Virus record (IMG/VR): IMGVR_UViG_3300022936_000014
Coordinates: 1-42,537 of that record
Strand: one strand, 5' to 3'
Origin: a virus
Lineage: Duplodnaviria > Caudoviricetes
Length of the DNA stretch: 42,537 nt
In this document: positions 33,800-42,537 of the stretch, in pieces
Position numbering within the stretch: position 1 is the first letter of the stretch
How the letters are laid out: every line of letters starts with the position of its first letter
Translations under genes and position numbers: made by a program
Notes under the pieces: model-generated
Database searches by the model: none
The model's input: the letters and a program-made list of their open reading frames with translations, nothing else
Told to the model about the DNA's origin: nothing

Positions 33800-35164
33800 T
33801 CAGTTGTACGAGGTATCGCCGCGTGTCGAACTGCCGGAGCGGCCCGATGTAACATCGTTAAAATAACTGTTCGATGACTGGTAGCTTGGGTTAGTAGCTC
33901 TGGAGCGGGCTAACTGCTGCGCCTGGGCGTTGGCGGCGGCATATGCCTGTGCCGGTGATAGCTGTGGCTGCATAGCTTGCCGTAACCCCGCACCTTGCAC
34001 TAAAACCTCTAGCGGAGGCCGCGCGGCCATCAGCGGCATTTGAGGTTGACGCACGACCGGCACCGGCTGACGCATAACAGGCGCAGCACTAGCCATAATC
34101 GGCGCTGCTGTCTGTGGGCGCATAAAAGGCGTAGGAGCCTGCCGCGCAACTTGAGCAGCCGGTGCCAATGCAGGCAACCTAGCCGAAGACGGGTTAATCG
34201 CCGTCGCGTTATACTGAGCCTGACGCGCCAATGCATCACGCGATAGCCCGCCACTCTGCACAGCGCCGCCAGTAGCGGCAGGGTTAAACGCCATGGCTGG
34301 TGAGCCAGGGAGCAACCGCTGAGCCGTCTTGATGGGTGCGGCAGGGCCGGGAACGACACGGGCAGGCATGCGCTCTTGCCCTGCATACGACTGGTTGATA
34401 CCCATAGCCATAGGCACAGGAGCGCGAACAGTCTGGCGCGGCAGAGTTGTGACTGAGGGGGAACGATCAGCCCCGGCATAAGTCTGATTAGCACCGATGC
34501 TCAGTGCGGCCCGCCTAGCTGCATCGTTGACAGACGGGCCGGGAACGGAACGAGATTGCACAGAGCGGGTTGCCGGAGCCTGAGCGACGGTAGGAAACGA
34601 AGCCACCGTGCTAGCCGTGCCCTGCATGGTCATCGGCGTTACGCGATTTCCCTCTCTAGTCGCGTATGCGTTCAACGCCTCCTGCAACGCAGTGTTGCCT
34701 CCACTAGGCGAAGTCACAGCCCTGCTAGAAGCCATCAGCGGCGACTGAGAGGCAGGCGTTGGCGCGACTGGCCTGGGGGCAACAGCCCTATCAGTAGCAA
34801 ACGCATGGTTGCCGAACTGCCCAAGCGAAGTCATCGACCCCGCCCACGAAGGGTTGACAACGCCAGGGTTCCAATAGTGGTTAGCGCCGCCCGTAGGATC
34901 GTCAGGGCCTTGCGCCATCTGCCAAGCCGCCTGTGCCGCGCTCAGCGCCGCAGGATCACTCTGAGCCCGAACAGCCGCAGGACCGGGGGCGCTGTACCCA
35001 GTATACTGAGCCCGCTGTCGAACCACCTCCGCCGGAGTCATCCCGCGCTGATCTGCCCGGTTCAAGATAGTCTCCGCAATCCGGCGCATGCCCTCCTGAC
35101 CCTCGCCAATGCCCTCGGCAATCAGCGTCTTGATAACGTCCTGAATATCTTTTTCGTTTGCCAC
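33800..35164 (-). CDS. Virion-associated cell wall hydrolase (SleB/Hydrolase_2) with low-complexity tail
   Basis: TLIAEGIGE..ILNR..QYT..DPTGGANHYWNP..GNHAF; about 320 aa Ala/Pro/Gln-rich extension. Confidence 0.82.
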   Translation of the reverse strand: MANEKDIQDVIKTLIAEGIGEGQEGMRRIAETILNRADQRGMTPAEVVRQRAQYTGYSAPGPAAVRAQSDPAALSAAQAAWQMAQGPDDPTGGANHYWNPGVVNPSWAGSMTSLGQFGNHAFATDRAVAPRPVAPTPASQSPLMASSRAVTSPSGGNTALQEALNAYATREGNRVTPMTMQGTASTVASFPTVAQAPATRSVQSRSVPGPSVNDAARRAALSIGANQTYAGADRSPSVTTLPRQTVRAPVPMAMGINQSYAGQERMPARVVPGPAAPIKTAQRLLPGSPAMAFNPAATGGAVQSGGLSRDALARQAQYNATAINPSSARLPALAPAAQVARQAPTPFMRPQTAAPIMASAAPVMRQPVPVVRQPQMPLMAARPPLEVLVQGAGLRQAMQPQLSPAQAYAAANAQAQQLARSRATNPSYQSSNSYFNDVTSGRSGSSTRGDTSYN

Positions 35165-35186
35165 GCTACGGCCTTTACGCTATATC
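35158..35186 (+). promoter_or_regulatory. Promoter of antisense microprotein gene
   Basis: TTGCCA-17-TATATC. Confidence 0.6.
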
Positions 35187-35208
35187 AAGGGAATTGGAGG
35201 ACTTAAAC

Positions 35209-35307
35209 ATGCTTATGGATCGCCGCGTCTGGATTTATGCTATCAGCTTTTCTGCATGTTATGCAGTGATGAAATTTGTTGTTCCGTGGCATGCTCTCTT
35301 TTCCTAA
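35209..35307 (+). CDS. Antisense hydrophobic microprotein (32 aa, not in ORF track)
   Basis: GGAGG RBS; MLMDRRVWIYAISFSACYAVMKFVVPWHALFS; fills gap between ejection genes. Confidence 0.6.
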   Translation: MLMDRRVWIYAISFSACYAVMKFVVPWHALFS

Positions 35308-36899
35308 AAATTGGGTAGAAGCCGCCCGCCAAAATTTCCAGATGCATTCACTAGAGCCTGAGCAACAGGCGTGTAAGCCTGCGATGGCAGCGCACCACCG
35401 GCACGAGCTAAAGCGGCTGCAACCTGAGCGTTACGAACTGTTCCCCTCTCTGCTACTCTACGTCCAATCTCGCCTGGTAGAGCAACCGCTCCGGCTGCAA
35501 GCGCAGCGCCAACTGGACCGCCAACACCAGCGCCAGCAGTACCAGCAAGTATTGATGGAATTGCAGAGACAGGCCCTCGAACGGAAAACTTCCCTGCAGC
35601 GCGCGCGAAATTCTCAATAGGTCCACCCTCGGCAACCTTTTTGACTTGTGCGGCAAGATCAGGCGTTACGCCCCGAACACGGCCTTTGATGATCTGCGCA
35701 TTAAGCTGACGGAATTGAGTGCGCAACGCATTGTCCATGCCAGATTGAGAATACTGACTGGAGCGGTTTTCAGCTAGATCAACAGTTTCTTCAATAAGTT
35801 CACCCATCTTGGACTTCCAATAAAGATTGGAAGCCTCAGCGAGTTCCGGCGCTACGCCGTGGGCGAAGTCATCGAACTCACCAAGCATCATCGTGGCAAC
35901 GCGACGTTCACCGGGATCAAGGCTTTTGGCCGCGTCCTGCAGATTACGCCGAATAGCCTGCATCTGCCCCACGTCAAGGGGGCGTCCTTTGTATTCATCG
36001 AATACGTTAAGGATGCCAGTGAGCTTTGGATAAGTAGGGTTCACCTTGCCGCTAGGGAGTACTACGTTTTCAGCGCGAGCTATGCCTTCAATAGTGTTGG
36101 CAATGCCGTTGGTCATCTGCGGCGATGCAGTAACGCCCGATGCACGAGCCGCTTGGTACAAAGCGGCAGCTTGATCTGCTAATTCTTGCGTGGTCGGCAC
36201 TGCAGCATTTTGAGCGCGAGACATAAGACCGCCTGCTACCCCACCTGTTAAGGCACCTAGGACACCACCTACGCCAGCCCCTTGCGCAGCAGCGCTAAGC
36301 CGACCCGGCAAGGTGTTATCCTCGGCAGCGTTGAAGCCCGAAGTTCCGCCTTGGATTGCGCCCTCCACACCTCCGCGACCTGCCATACCCATAACGCTAG
36401 GAGCTGCCACAGTTGCAGCGTTAGAGCCGCCTGCAAGCAAACCTAACGCTAAAGAACCCGCAACGTCACCACCCATAGCGGCAATTGGAGCTTGTTGGTA
36501 CGCCTGCGAAACAAGGTCTTGCTGACCCTGCTGGGCATCTAGGAAAGAACGGCCTAGGAAGCCTCCAACGTCGCCAATTCCATTTATGCTATCTTGGCCT
36601 GTGACGAGGTTTTCGATGCCCTTGATAGGAGCGCCGACTGCTGCAGCCAACTCATCATAAGCGCCCATGGTAGCGCCCTGAGCCATGCCTGTAAGCGTCG
36701 AGCCCACAGACTGGCCCAAGCGACCAGCCATATCACCCATCCAATTGCCTTGGTCTGGCTGTGAAACGGGTTCAGGCGCAGCAACAGGATCCGGAGCCGC
36801 GCCGCCAAACTCTTGCTGCAGCACAGCCTCGATATCAGCATCAGCCATCCCATCTGGGAACTGTGCAATAGAGCCGTCTGGTAGCTTGATCTCAATCAT
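35304..36899 (-). CDS. Putative DNA ejection/internal virion protein
   Basis: 531 aa Gly/Ala-rich; N-terminal IKLPDG..QFPDG motif; position. Confidence 0.7.
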   Translation of the reverse strand: MIEIKLPDGSIAQFPDGMADADIEAVLQQEFGGAAPDPVAAPEPVSQPDQGNWMGDMAGRLGQSVGSTLTGMAQGATMGAYDELAAAVGAPIKGIENLVTGQDSINGIGDVGGFLGRSFLDAQQGQQDLVSQAYQQAPIAAMGGDVAGSLALGLLAGGSNAATVAAPSVMGMAGRGGVEGAIQGGTSGFNAAEDNTLPGRLSAAAQGAGVGGVLGALTGGVAGGLMSRAQNAAVPTTQELADQAAALYQAARASGVTASPQMTNGIANTIEGIARAENVVLPSGKVNPTYPKLTGILNVFDEYKGRPLDVGQMQAIRRNLQDAAKSLDPGERRVATMMLGEFDDFAHGVAPELAEASNLYWKSKMGELIEETVDLAENRSSQYSQSGMDNALRTQFRQLNAQIIKGRVRGVTPDLAAQVKKVAEGGPIENFARAAGKFSVRGPVSAIPSILAGTAGAGVGGPVGAALAAGAVALPGEIGRRVAERGTVRNAQVAAALARAGGALPSQAYTPVAQALVNASGNFGGRLLPNF

Positions 36900-38041
36900 T
36901 CAAGGCGACCTGTGGCTGGGTTGAACACGCGGACTGTTGGCGCTGGTGTAGTCGCTGCTGGAGCCATGGGATTAGCGACTGGCAGTTTACGCTGCATAGC
37001 TGCAACATCGCGTTCCTTCTGAGAAATAAAGGCGTCAAGGATAGCCTTCTTCTCCGCAGGAGATTTGTTCGGATCACCCAACGTAGCGCGGAGGCTTTCG
37101 CCTTCCGACACAGTGAATGCAGCGCCAAAGGTATCCTTGAGCAGTGGGAGGACCTGATTATCAACTATTGCGATATAGCTAGAGCGGTCAATCGCACCCT
37201 GCCCAACGGGCAAACCAAACTCACGCTTAACGCTATCCATGATCTGTCCGGACTGAGTATATGTGGCTGTGTCGGCAAGGCTAGTCAGATTATCGATAAC
37301 CGAACGAAGGCCCGGCATTTTGCTAGACACGCTCTCAGCCAGCGCAACGTTTTCGGCGTCCGTCTTGCCCTCAACGCCGCCGAAGCCTGTTTCATAGGCA
37401 GCTTCTCGGTTTTGCTTAGGAGTGCGGAACAGTTCGTTCCCATAAATATCCTGAGTGATAATCTCAGTACCAGTATCAATCTGCTTGGTAGTTGGCGCAG
37501 GTGTATAGCCCTCGGCACCTTGCAGCGGTTGCCAGTTGCCTTGGTTAGATGCCTGACCCAAGACTGTGTTGCCGTTAGCGTCTGTCATGGGGACAATGTT
37601 GCCGAAGAAGCTTTCATTGCCTTGACCGCCGTTAGCGGCTTCAGCCTGTAGTTTAGCCAACTGAGCCTGATACATTGGGTCTTGCCGCTCAAGCCCCGTA
37701 TTCAACAGCGCTGATGCAATAGAAGTCTGAGCCGGTGAAGCCCAAGCACTATCAGGTGATGTCAAAGCCGCAATGATCGAGTTAGGATCAGCGTTAACGG
37801 CTAGATTAGCGAACAACCCGCCTGCCCTCTCACGCCCTGCGGCTTCGGCTTCGTCCACGCGCCCACCTAGAACTGTCCCCGATAGAGCAGCAGCTACGTC
37901 AGCAAGGCCCTCGCTCCAGTTCTGTCCGGGAGTGGCAGACTGTGCAATCAAAGCCTCAGCGATTGAGCGCTTGCGGGCGGCTTGCTCTGGGCTGGTGATG
38001 GCCTGATTGCCCATCCATTGGAACGGTGCTGGTGCGGCCAT
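36896..38041 (-). CDS. Putative DNA ejection/internal virion protein
   Basis: 381 aa Ala/Gln-rich; C-terminal RVFNPATGRLE. Confidence 0.7.
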   Translation of the reverse strand: MAAPAPFQWMGNQAITSPEQAARKRSIAEALIAQSATPGQNWSEGLADVAAALSGTVLGGRVDEAEAAGRERAGGLFANLAVNADPNSIIAALTSPDSAWASPAQTSIASALLNTGLERQDPMYQAQLAKLQAEAANGGQGNESFFGNIVPMTDANGNTVLGQASNQGNWQPLQGAEGYTPAPTTKQIDTGTEIITQDIYGNELFRTPKQNREAAYETGFGGVEGKTDAENVALAESVSSKMPGLRSVIDNLTSLADTATYTQSGQIMDSVKREFGLPVGQGAIDRSSYIAIVDNQVLPLLKDTFGAAFTVSEGESLRATLGDPNKSPAEKKAILDAFISQKERDVAAMQRKLPVANPMAPAATTPAPTVRVFNPATGRLE

Positions 38042-38985
38042 TATGCAAACGCCTCCGAGTAGTTAACGCGCATGAAATCATCAGGACCAATAACAACAGC
38101 ATGCGGCGCAATGTGTTTGACCTCATCAGCCATAACGCCAATCTGGAAAGGCCCGCCGCTGCGATAGCGATAAAGATAGAGGCCAAGCCCGTTATCCGCA
38201 GTACCGATGCGCTTAATATCTGTCTTGGCGCGCCGATCCGAAAGCAGCGGGATCAGCGATGCGCCCGCCGAGAACAGCCCACCGAGTTGCTGTTGACCTG
38301 CCTGATAGCCCTGCATTTGCTGCTGATATGCGCCGTTAGTAATGCCTGCAACGTCTGTGCCTGCGACAGAAGTTTGAGGCGTTGATGCAAAGTTAGGCTG
38401 CTGGATTTGACCCTGACCCGCAAGAGCCAAGATTTCGTTCAACGGCCCTGCCCGCAAAGCGGATTGAGACTGCTGAGCGGTAGTAAAATTGTTCAAATTC
38501 GCGGCGTTGTACGAGCTAGACTTATTATTTTGGAAATCCGCTAGCTGCTGCTGATAGGCAGTCGAACCAGGACGAATACCCCGATTAACTAGAGATGTCT
38601 CAAACTGTTCACCCTGCCTTGCCCACATTGGGTCAAGGTTTGAGTTGGTCAGGTTATTGAGGTAGTCCCTCTGAGCGCTGAAATCGTTAGGGGCGTTGAG
38701 CAGCCCCGACAAGCGGCCCGACTGTTCACGCGCCACGTTGGCAAGGTTCTGTGATGTAGCCTGAGTGGTAGACTGAAGTTGCTTCCCGGCCTCAGACAAC
38801 GCCTGTGTAGCCTGATAGCGAGGCGTACCGTCCGACCACTGCCCAATCTGGTCATAGGTCAGTGATCCGTCTGGCGTCACCTGATTAACGGCATTTAGGC
38901 CAGCCTGCGTAATCGCCGTCTGCTGATTTGAGGCAGTCTGAGCGTTGGCCGTGGAAGTGGGAGAAGGGGCTTTAGGTGCGCACAT
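38041..38985 (-). CDS. Ejection/pilot protein with C-terminal peptidase S74-like chaperone domain
   Basis: Gln-rich body; SDRRAKTDI..YRY..GVMADEV..VNY. Confidence 0.78.
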   Translation of the reverse strand: MCAPKAPSPTSTANAQTASNQQTAITQAGLNAVNQVTPDGSLTYDQIGQWSDGTPRYQATQALSEAGKQLQSTTQATSQNLANVAREQSGRLSGLLNAPNDFSAQRDYLNNLTNSNLDPMWARQGEQFETSLVNRGIRPGSTAYQQQLADFQNNKSSSYNAANLNNFTTAQQSQSALRAGPLNEILALAGQGQIQQPNFASTPQTSVAGTDVAGITNGAYQQQMQGYQAGQQQLGGLFSAGASLIPLLSDRRAKTDIKRIGTADNGLGLYLYRYRSGGPFQIGVMADEVKHIAPHAVVIGPDDFMRVNYSEAFA

Positions 38986-39454
38986 CTGGTGCCTCGAAGT
39001 TATAGGTCATGATTTGCGCAACTGGCTTAAATCCCATGCGCTCCCAAATTTTCCCCACTCGCAAGTCAGTCACAGGCGTAATGCTAACACGTTTGACGCC
39101 ACGCCCGCGCAACTCATCAAGGATGAATGCAGCCAGCTTTCGCCCGATACCGTTCCGGTGTTCCTTATCCACGAAAATAGTGTCCTCTTGCGCGATAAGA
39201 TCACCGTTGTGCATGTCATTGGTCAGCCATATGTTACTATAGCCTATGATCGTTTCCAATTCTAGCACAATAAACGTCAGCATGTCACCACGGTCCATCG
39301 CGGCAAAATACTCATCGAGACGAGGATTATAATCACCAATCGGGACGCCATCAGCATCAAGTCGCGCCTTCATTTCAGCGTAGTGCCTACGATAAAGCGG
39401 CTCAATGCGGGAGTGCCATTCGCGACCGTTAACCATGCGGATTTCGTAATTCAC
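38972..39454 (-). CDS. GNAT-family acetyltransferase
   Basis: IFVDKEHRNGIGRKL acetyl-CoA motif, WERMGF. Confidence 0.8.
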   Translation of the reverse strand: MNYEIRMVNGREWHSRIEPLYRRHYAEMKARLDADGVPIGDYNPRLDEYFAAMDRGDMLTFIVLELETIIGYSNIWLTNDMHNGDLIAQEDTIFVDKEHRNGIGRKLAAFILDELRGRGVKRVSITPVTDLRVGKIWERMGFKPVAQIMTYNFEAPDVRT

Positions 39455-39939
39455 TCTAGCCTCACAAACTCGCCGTGATGCTCTAGCGCAAGGAACATGT
39501 ATTCCTCAGCGGCTTCACGTTCATCTGCAAAACGTTTTTGAATGATAGGTCCGCTTGGAAGTTTGAAAGTAATTTTCCAGCATTTGGTTCGACCCTTATC
39601 ATAGGTCACTCCCTTCCACTTAGAATGACCAATCTTAGGAGGCGTGTTCCATCGGTTTTGTTGCCACGTTGCGGATCGCAAATTGCTAACTGCGTCACTA
39701 TTCTCACCATATGTGATATGATCAACCACGGCGTCAGGCCACTTACCAGTGGTGTAAAAAACCGATAGCCTGTGGGCTGAGTAATGCTTGTAATCAAGCA
39801 TTATCTGGCAGTATCTGTCGCCTAGAGCGCACCCTGCTTCTTGTCCTGCACGCATCCCCCCGCGGTTAACACGCCATGTGAAAACGCCTGTTTCAGGATC
39901 ATACGCCAAAAGATCCAACAGTCGTTGGTGCGTTATCAT
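39451..39939 (-). CDS. HNH endonuclease with AP2-like domain
   Basis: YDPETGVFTW, AHRL, VDH..NLRSAT..N, KGVT..W, HGEF. Confidence 0.85.
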   Translation of the reverse strand: MITHQRLLDLLAYDPETGVFTWRVNRGGMRAGQEAGCALGDRYCQIMLDYKHYSAHRLSVFYTTGKWPDAVVDHITYGENSDAVSNLRSATWQQNRWNTPPKIGHSKWKGVTYDKGRTKCWKITFKLPSGPIIQKRFADEREAAEEYMFLALEHHGEFVRLE

Positions 39940-41537
39940 ACCCCAAAAGCCCCTTGTTCAACGGTTGCATGCAGGATCATAATCTCTGCATCTGGAGTAT
40001 TCACTGTGCCCACTGGTATCTGAATTTGCAAGGAAAAGACATCACCTGTCGCACCAATGGATTGCATGCGGGTTGATTTGGTCGCAGGTATGCTGTCCCA
40101 AATGGCTACATCAAATTCCCCCACATCCCACAGCGAGCTATTAGCCGGATCAATCAACACAGGAGGAGGGGATGGGAACGATGTAAAGTACCCCACCGAT
40201 GCGCTGATTTGAACAGAGAATGGATAGGCAGTCAGAAACTCAGCCTTAGCCTGCCGAATGGTTTTGGTGAACCCTGGATTTCCCATATGCGACCATGAGA
40301 ACCCAATGTTCACGTTATACGGCATGCCCATATCATAGCCGCCCACTTCAGCAGTCCTGACCGTTCCGTCATCGCATCCGAAATACATCTGCTCATTGTG
40401 GATTGAACCGCAACGCATGGCCCATCCGGTATAGAGCGACCAAGCCCCGGTTTGCAGGTTCCCGGTAAAGTTCATTGACGCATTAGCTGTGCTGGTCGTG
40501 GGCATGACCACGTAGAACAGCCCTTTACTATCCCACTTTAGCAGTTCCCATGGTAGGCTAGAGCGAACCCGCGCTTCCTTCGTCCAATTAGGCTCAATAG
40601 ACCGCGACACAGCATCCAACGACAGCGCAGCGGGGTCTTTATATCGAGCGGCTGATACAGGTACAGCCCCGCGCTCTGTGGCAATGATAATATCGCCGCC
40701 CGCCTTCATCCATGCATTGACACCCATCGGCTTTGAGATTTCATAGACGCCCACATACTGCCAGTCGGTGCCGGATGGGAATGAGCCTTGGAAAATAGCA
40801 GCCTCTCCCATCGTGGAGACCACAACTAAGTAGTCATTCAAGGCACTAGACCCGCTCTCGCTGGACCAAGTGGCGGTGAACAGCACCGAGCCACCTTTGA
40901 GGAATATACCGCTCAGGCTAAGCTGTTGTGCCACTCCACCAACACTGTCAACGGGCAGGTAATCAATGACTAGCTGGTTGAGCCGAACGAAGTACAGCCG
41001 GTTACGATAAACGTTAACGTGGCTCCATTCCTCAGTGGTCGCACCTGAGACCGCTATAGGCGTGCTTGCTGCGTCAACAGCCTGCCAAGTAGTTCCGTCA
41101 TAAAGCTGAGCCCGGTCAGTACCGTTGACGGCATACATATAATAGCCGCCCGTAGTGGCGAAGTTGGCGCGGGCATAATAATTGGAGGTCTGGCCTGTGA
41201 CTGAAGGCGTGGGTATAACGTCAGGATCAATGACGCTCGTGAGGGGATAAATATTGCCGCCAGCGCCCGCGAACATCTGCTGGCTGACAGCGCCAACATA
41301 ATTCATCATGCTTTCTACGGGGCCTGACATCGTAGCGTACTTGAGGTTCCCGCCACGAACACGAATGCCGGTTGTGGTGGCATAGGCGTTGGTCAAAACC
41401 GTGCAAGTGCCATCTTTTGACGCCGCTAGGTTCTGAGCCGTCACCCAACCGCCCGTAGGGGCTGGCATGCTGACAGGCCTAGCCACAGGCCCGCTCTGAC
41501 GCCGACCCGCTGCAATCTGCATGCGCCTGCTGACCAT
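39936..41537 (-). CDS. Tail nozzle/packaged DNA stabilisation protein (P22 gp10-like)
   Basis: 533 aa beta-propeller-like composition, follows adaptor. Confidence 0.7.
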   Translation of the reverse strand: MVSRRMQIAAGRRQSGPVARPVSMPAPTGGWVTAQNLAASKDGTCTVLTNAYATTTGIRVRGGNLKYATMSGPVESMMNYVGAVSQQMFAGAGGNIYPLTSVIDPDVIPTPSVTGQTSNYYARANFATTGGYYMYAVNGTDRAQLYDGTTWQAVDAASTPIAVSGATTEEWSHVNVYRNRLYFVRLNQLVIDYLPVDSVGGVAQQLSLSGIFLKGGSVLFTATWSSESGSSALNDYLVVVSTMGEAAIFQGSFPSGTDWQYVGVYEISKPMGVNAWMKAGGDIIIATERGAVPVSAARYKDPAALSLDAVSRSIEPNWTKEARVRSSLPWELLKWDSKGLFYVVMPTTSTANASMNFTGNLQTGAWSLYTGWAMRCGSIHNEQMYFGCDDGTVRTAEVGGYDMGMPYNVNIGFSWSHMGNPGFTKTIRQAKAEFLTAYPFSVQISASVGYFTSFPSPPPVLIDPANSSLWDVGEFDVAIWDSIPATKSTRMQSIGATGDVFSLQIQIPVGTVNTPDAEIMILHATVEQGAFGV

Positions 41538-42208
41538 TATGGGAAACTCTGGCCGGTTGGGAAGCGTCTGCGCGAACCTGAAGTGATGTTAGGCCGGGAG
41601 CCTGGGTCCTTGAACCTCGCCATGCTTAGAGCGTCCTCATAACGCTGCAGGTCGCCTACGTAGTCTTGGCCTTTGAGAGACTTCCAATTGTAGATGACAC
41701 AGAGTTTCAAAAGACGCTCATCCAATGTAAATGTATCGGTATCTGCCGTGAACGTGGCCTGAGTGCCGTTGACGACCCAATTGGAGATATAGCCGTAGCT
41801 TAGGGTTTCTAACGATGGCAACGCCGGGAGGATATTGAGGTTGCCGCCGAAGATCGACCAGCGTTGGTCCCACGATCCGGTATCGTAGCTGACTAGCTCC
41901 AGCCAGTCGTTGAAGTCCGCCACCTGCTGCTGCGGATAATATGTGAAGCTCGGTCCCCACAGATTGGCATTCATTACCATGCGGTCAAAGTCTGCGGCGA
42001 GGGGGAAGGCCGTCAGCGTACCGTCGCCAGTGACCGATGCCACCTTTTTAAGCCGCGACCAGTCGTATTCCTCAAGAATTTGACGGGCGCACTCGTTAAC
42101 AAGCGCGCACATCTCGACCCATGTACGGGTAGTATTGGAAAATAGGACGGATGGAATTTCCAAACCCAATGAGGTGCTGGCGTCTCGAACGACTGATAGA
42201 ACCGTCAT
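41537..42208 (-). CDS. Head-tail adaptor protein
   Basis: 223 aa; size and position before nozzle; EYDWSRL, FPLAADF. Confidence 0.68.
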   Translation of the reverse strand: MTVLSVVRDASTSLGLEIPSVLFSNTTRTWVEMCALVNECARQILEEYDWSRLKKVASVTGDGTLTAFPLAADFDRMVMNANLWGPSFTYYPQQQVADFNDWLELVSYDTGSWDQRWSIFGGNLNILPALPSLETLSYGYISNWVVNGTQATFTADTDTFTLDERLLKLCVIYNWKSLKGQDYVGDLQRYEDALSMARFKDPGSRPNITSGSRRRFPTGQSFP

Positions 42209-42222
42209 GGGCTAGGCTTCCT

Positions 42223-42537
42223 TTAGGCTGCAGCAGCGTCTTGAGCTAGCATGTTGAGCAGTGTGGCGCGACTAGGTTGCCCACGCGGGCGCGAACCATG
42301 CTTGGCGGCGATAGCCTCTTTGAGTTCTTCGTCCGTGCGAGGGTCAGCATCAATAACAGCCGGAGCCGCCGCACCAACACCGCTCATCCGCGCAATCTGA
42401 TCCTGAAGCTGCGAAATCTGAGCCTGCAGGTCAGCAGCAGGAACGTTGAAGCCCTGCGCCAGAAATTCCTGAGCCAGTTCTTTCAGGCGATAGCCATGCC
42501 CGCCGAGACGCGCAATGTAGCGGTCATCAAACTGAGC
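42223..42537 (-). CDS. 3' part of the junction-spanning gene that starts at 469
   Basis: ..DLQAQISQLQDQIARM..TDEELKEAIAAKHGSRPRGQPSRATLLNML.. TAA at 42223-42225. Confidence 0.85.
   Translation of the reverse strand, partial: AQFDDRYIARLGGHGYRLKELAQEFLAQGFNVPAADLQAQISQLQDQIARMSGVGAAAPAVIDADPRTDEELKEAIAAKHGSRPRGQPSRATLLNMLAQDAAAA
42412..42537. repeat. Terminal direct repeat, right copy
   Basis: Identical to 14-139. Confidence 0.95.

Overview
The window is an apparently complete, circularly assembled genome (about 42.4 kb unique; 14-139 is repeated at 42412-42537) of a podovirus-like tailed phage. GcrA-like and DnaA-C-like regulators and CTTG..GCTA-type promoters point to an alphaproteobacterial host. 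A minus-strand late module runs terS, terL, portal, fibre/SGNH genes, scaffold, major capsid, then across the contig junction to adaptor, nozzle, ejection proteins, tail fibre and lysis. Early modules encode a primase-helicase, SF2 helicase, VRR-NUC, RecE/RecT-like proteins, two DNA methyltransferases and many small ORFs. I found no integrase, CI-type repressor or DNA polymerase. The most unusual content is non-coding: (i) a ~245-285 nt end-paired structured RNA between terL and portal; (ii) an RNA island with tRNA-Gln flanked by two convergent sRNA candidates from mirror-image promoters, one with anti-Shine-Dalgarno loops; (iii) a repeated 15-bp TTGAC-N5-CGCAA operator-like box, one copy at the centre of a symmetric divergent promoter. 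There is also an Acb2/Tad1-family anti-defence gene, two antisense membrane microproteins and a gene broken by a 7-bp duplication. All calls are by eye; no searches or folding programs were run.
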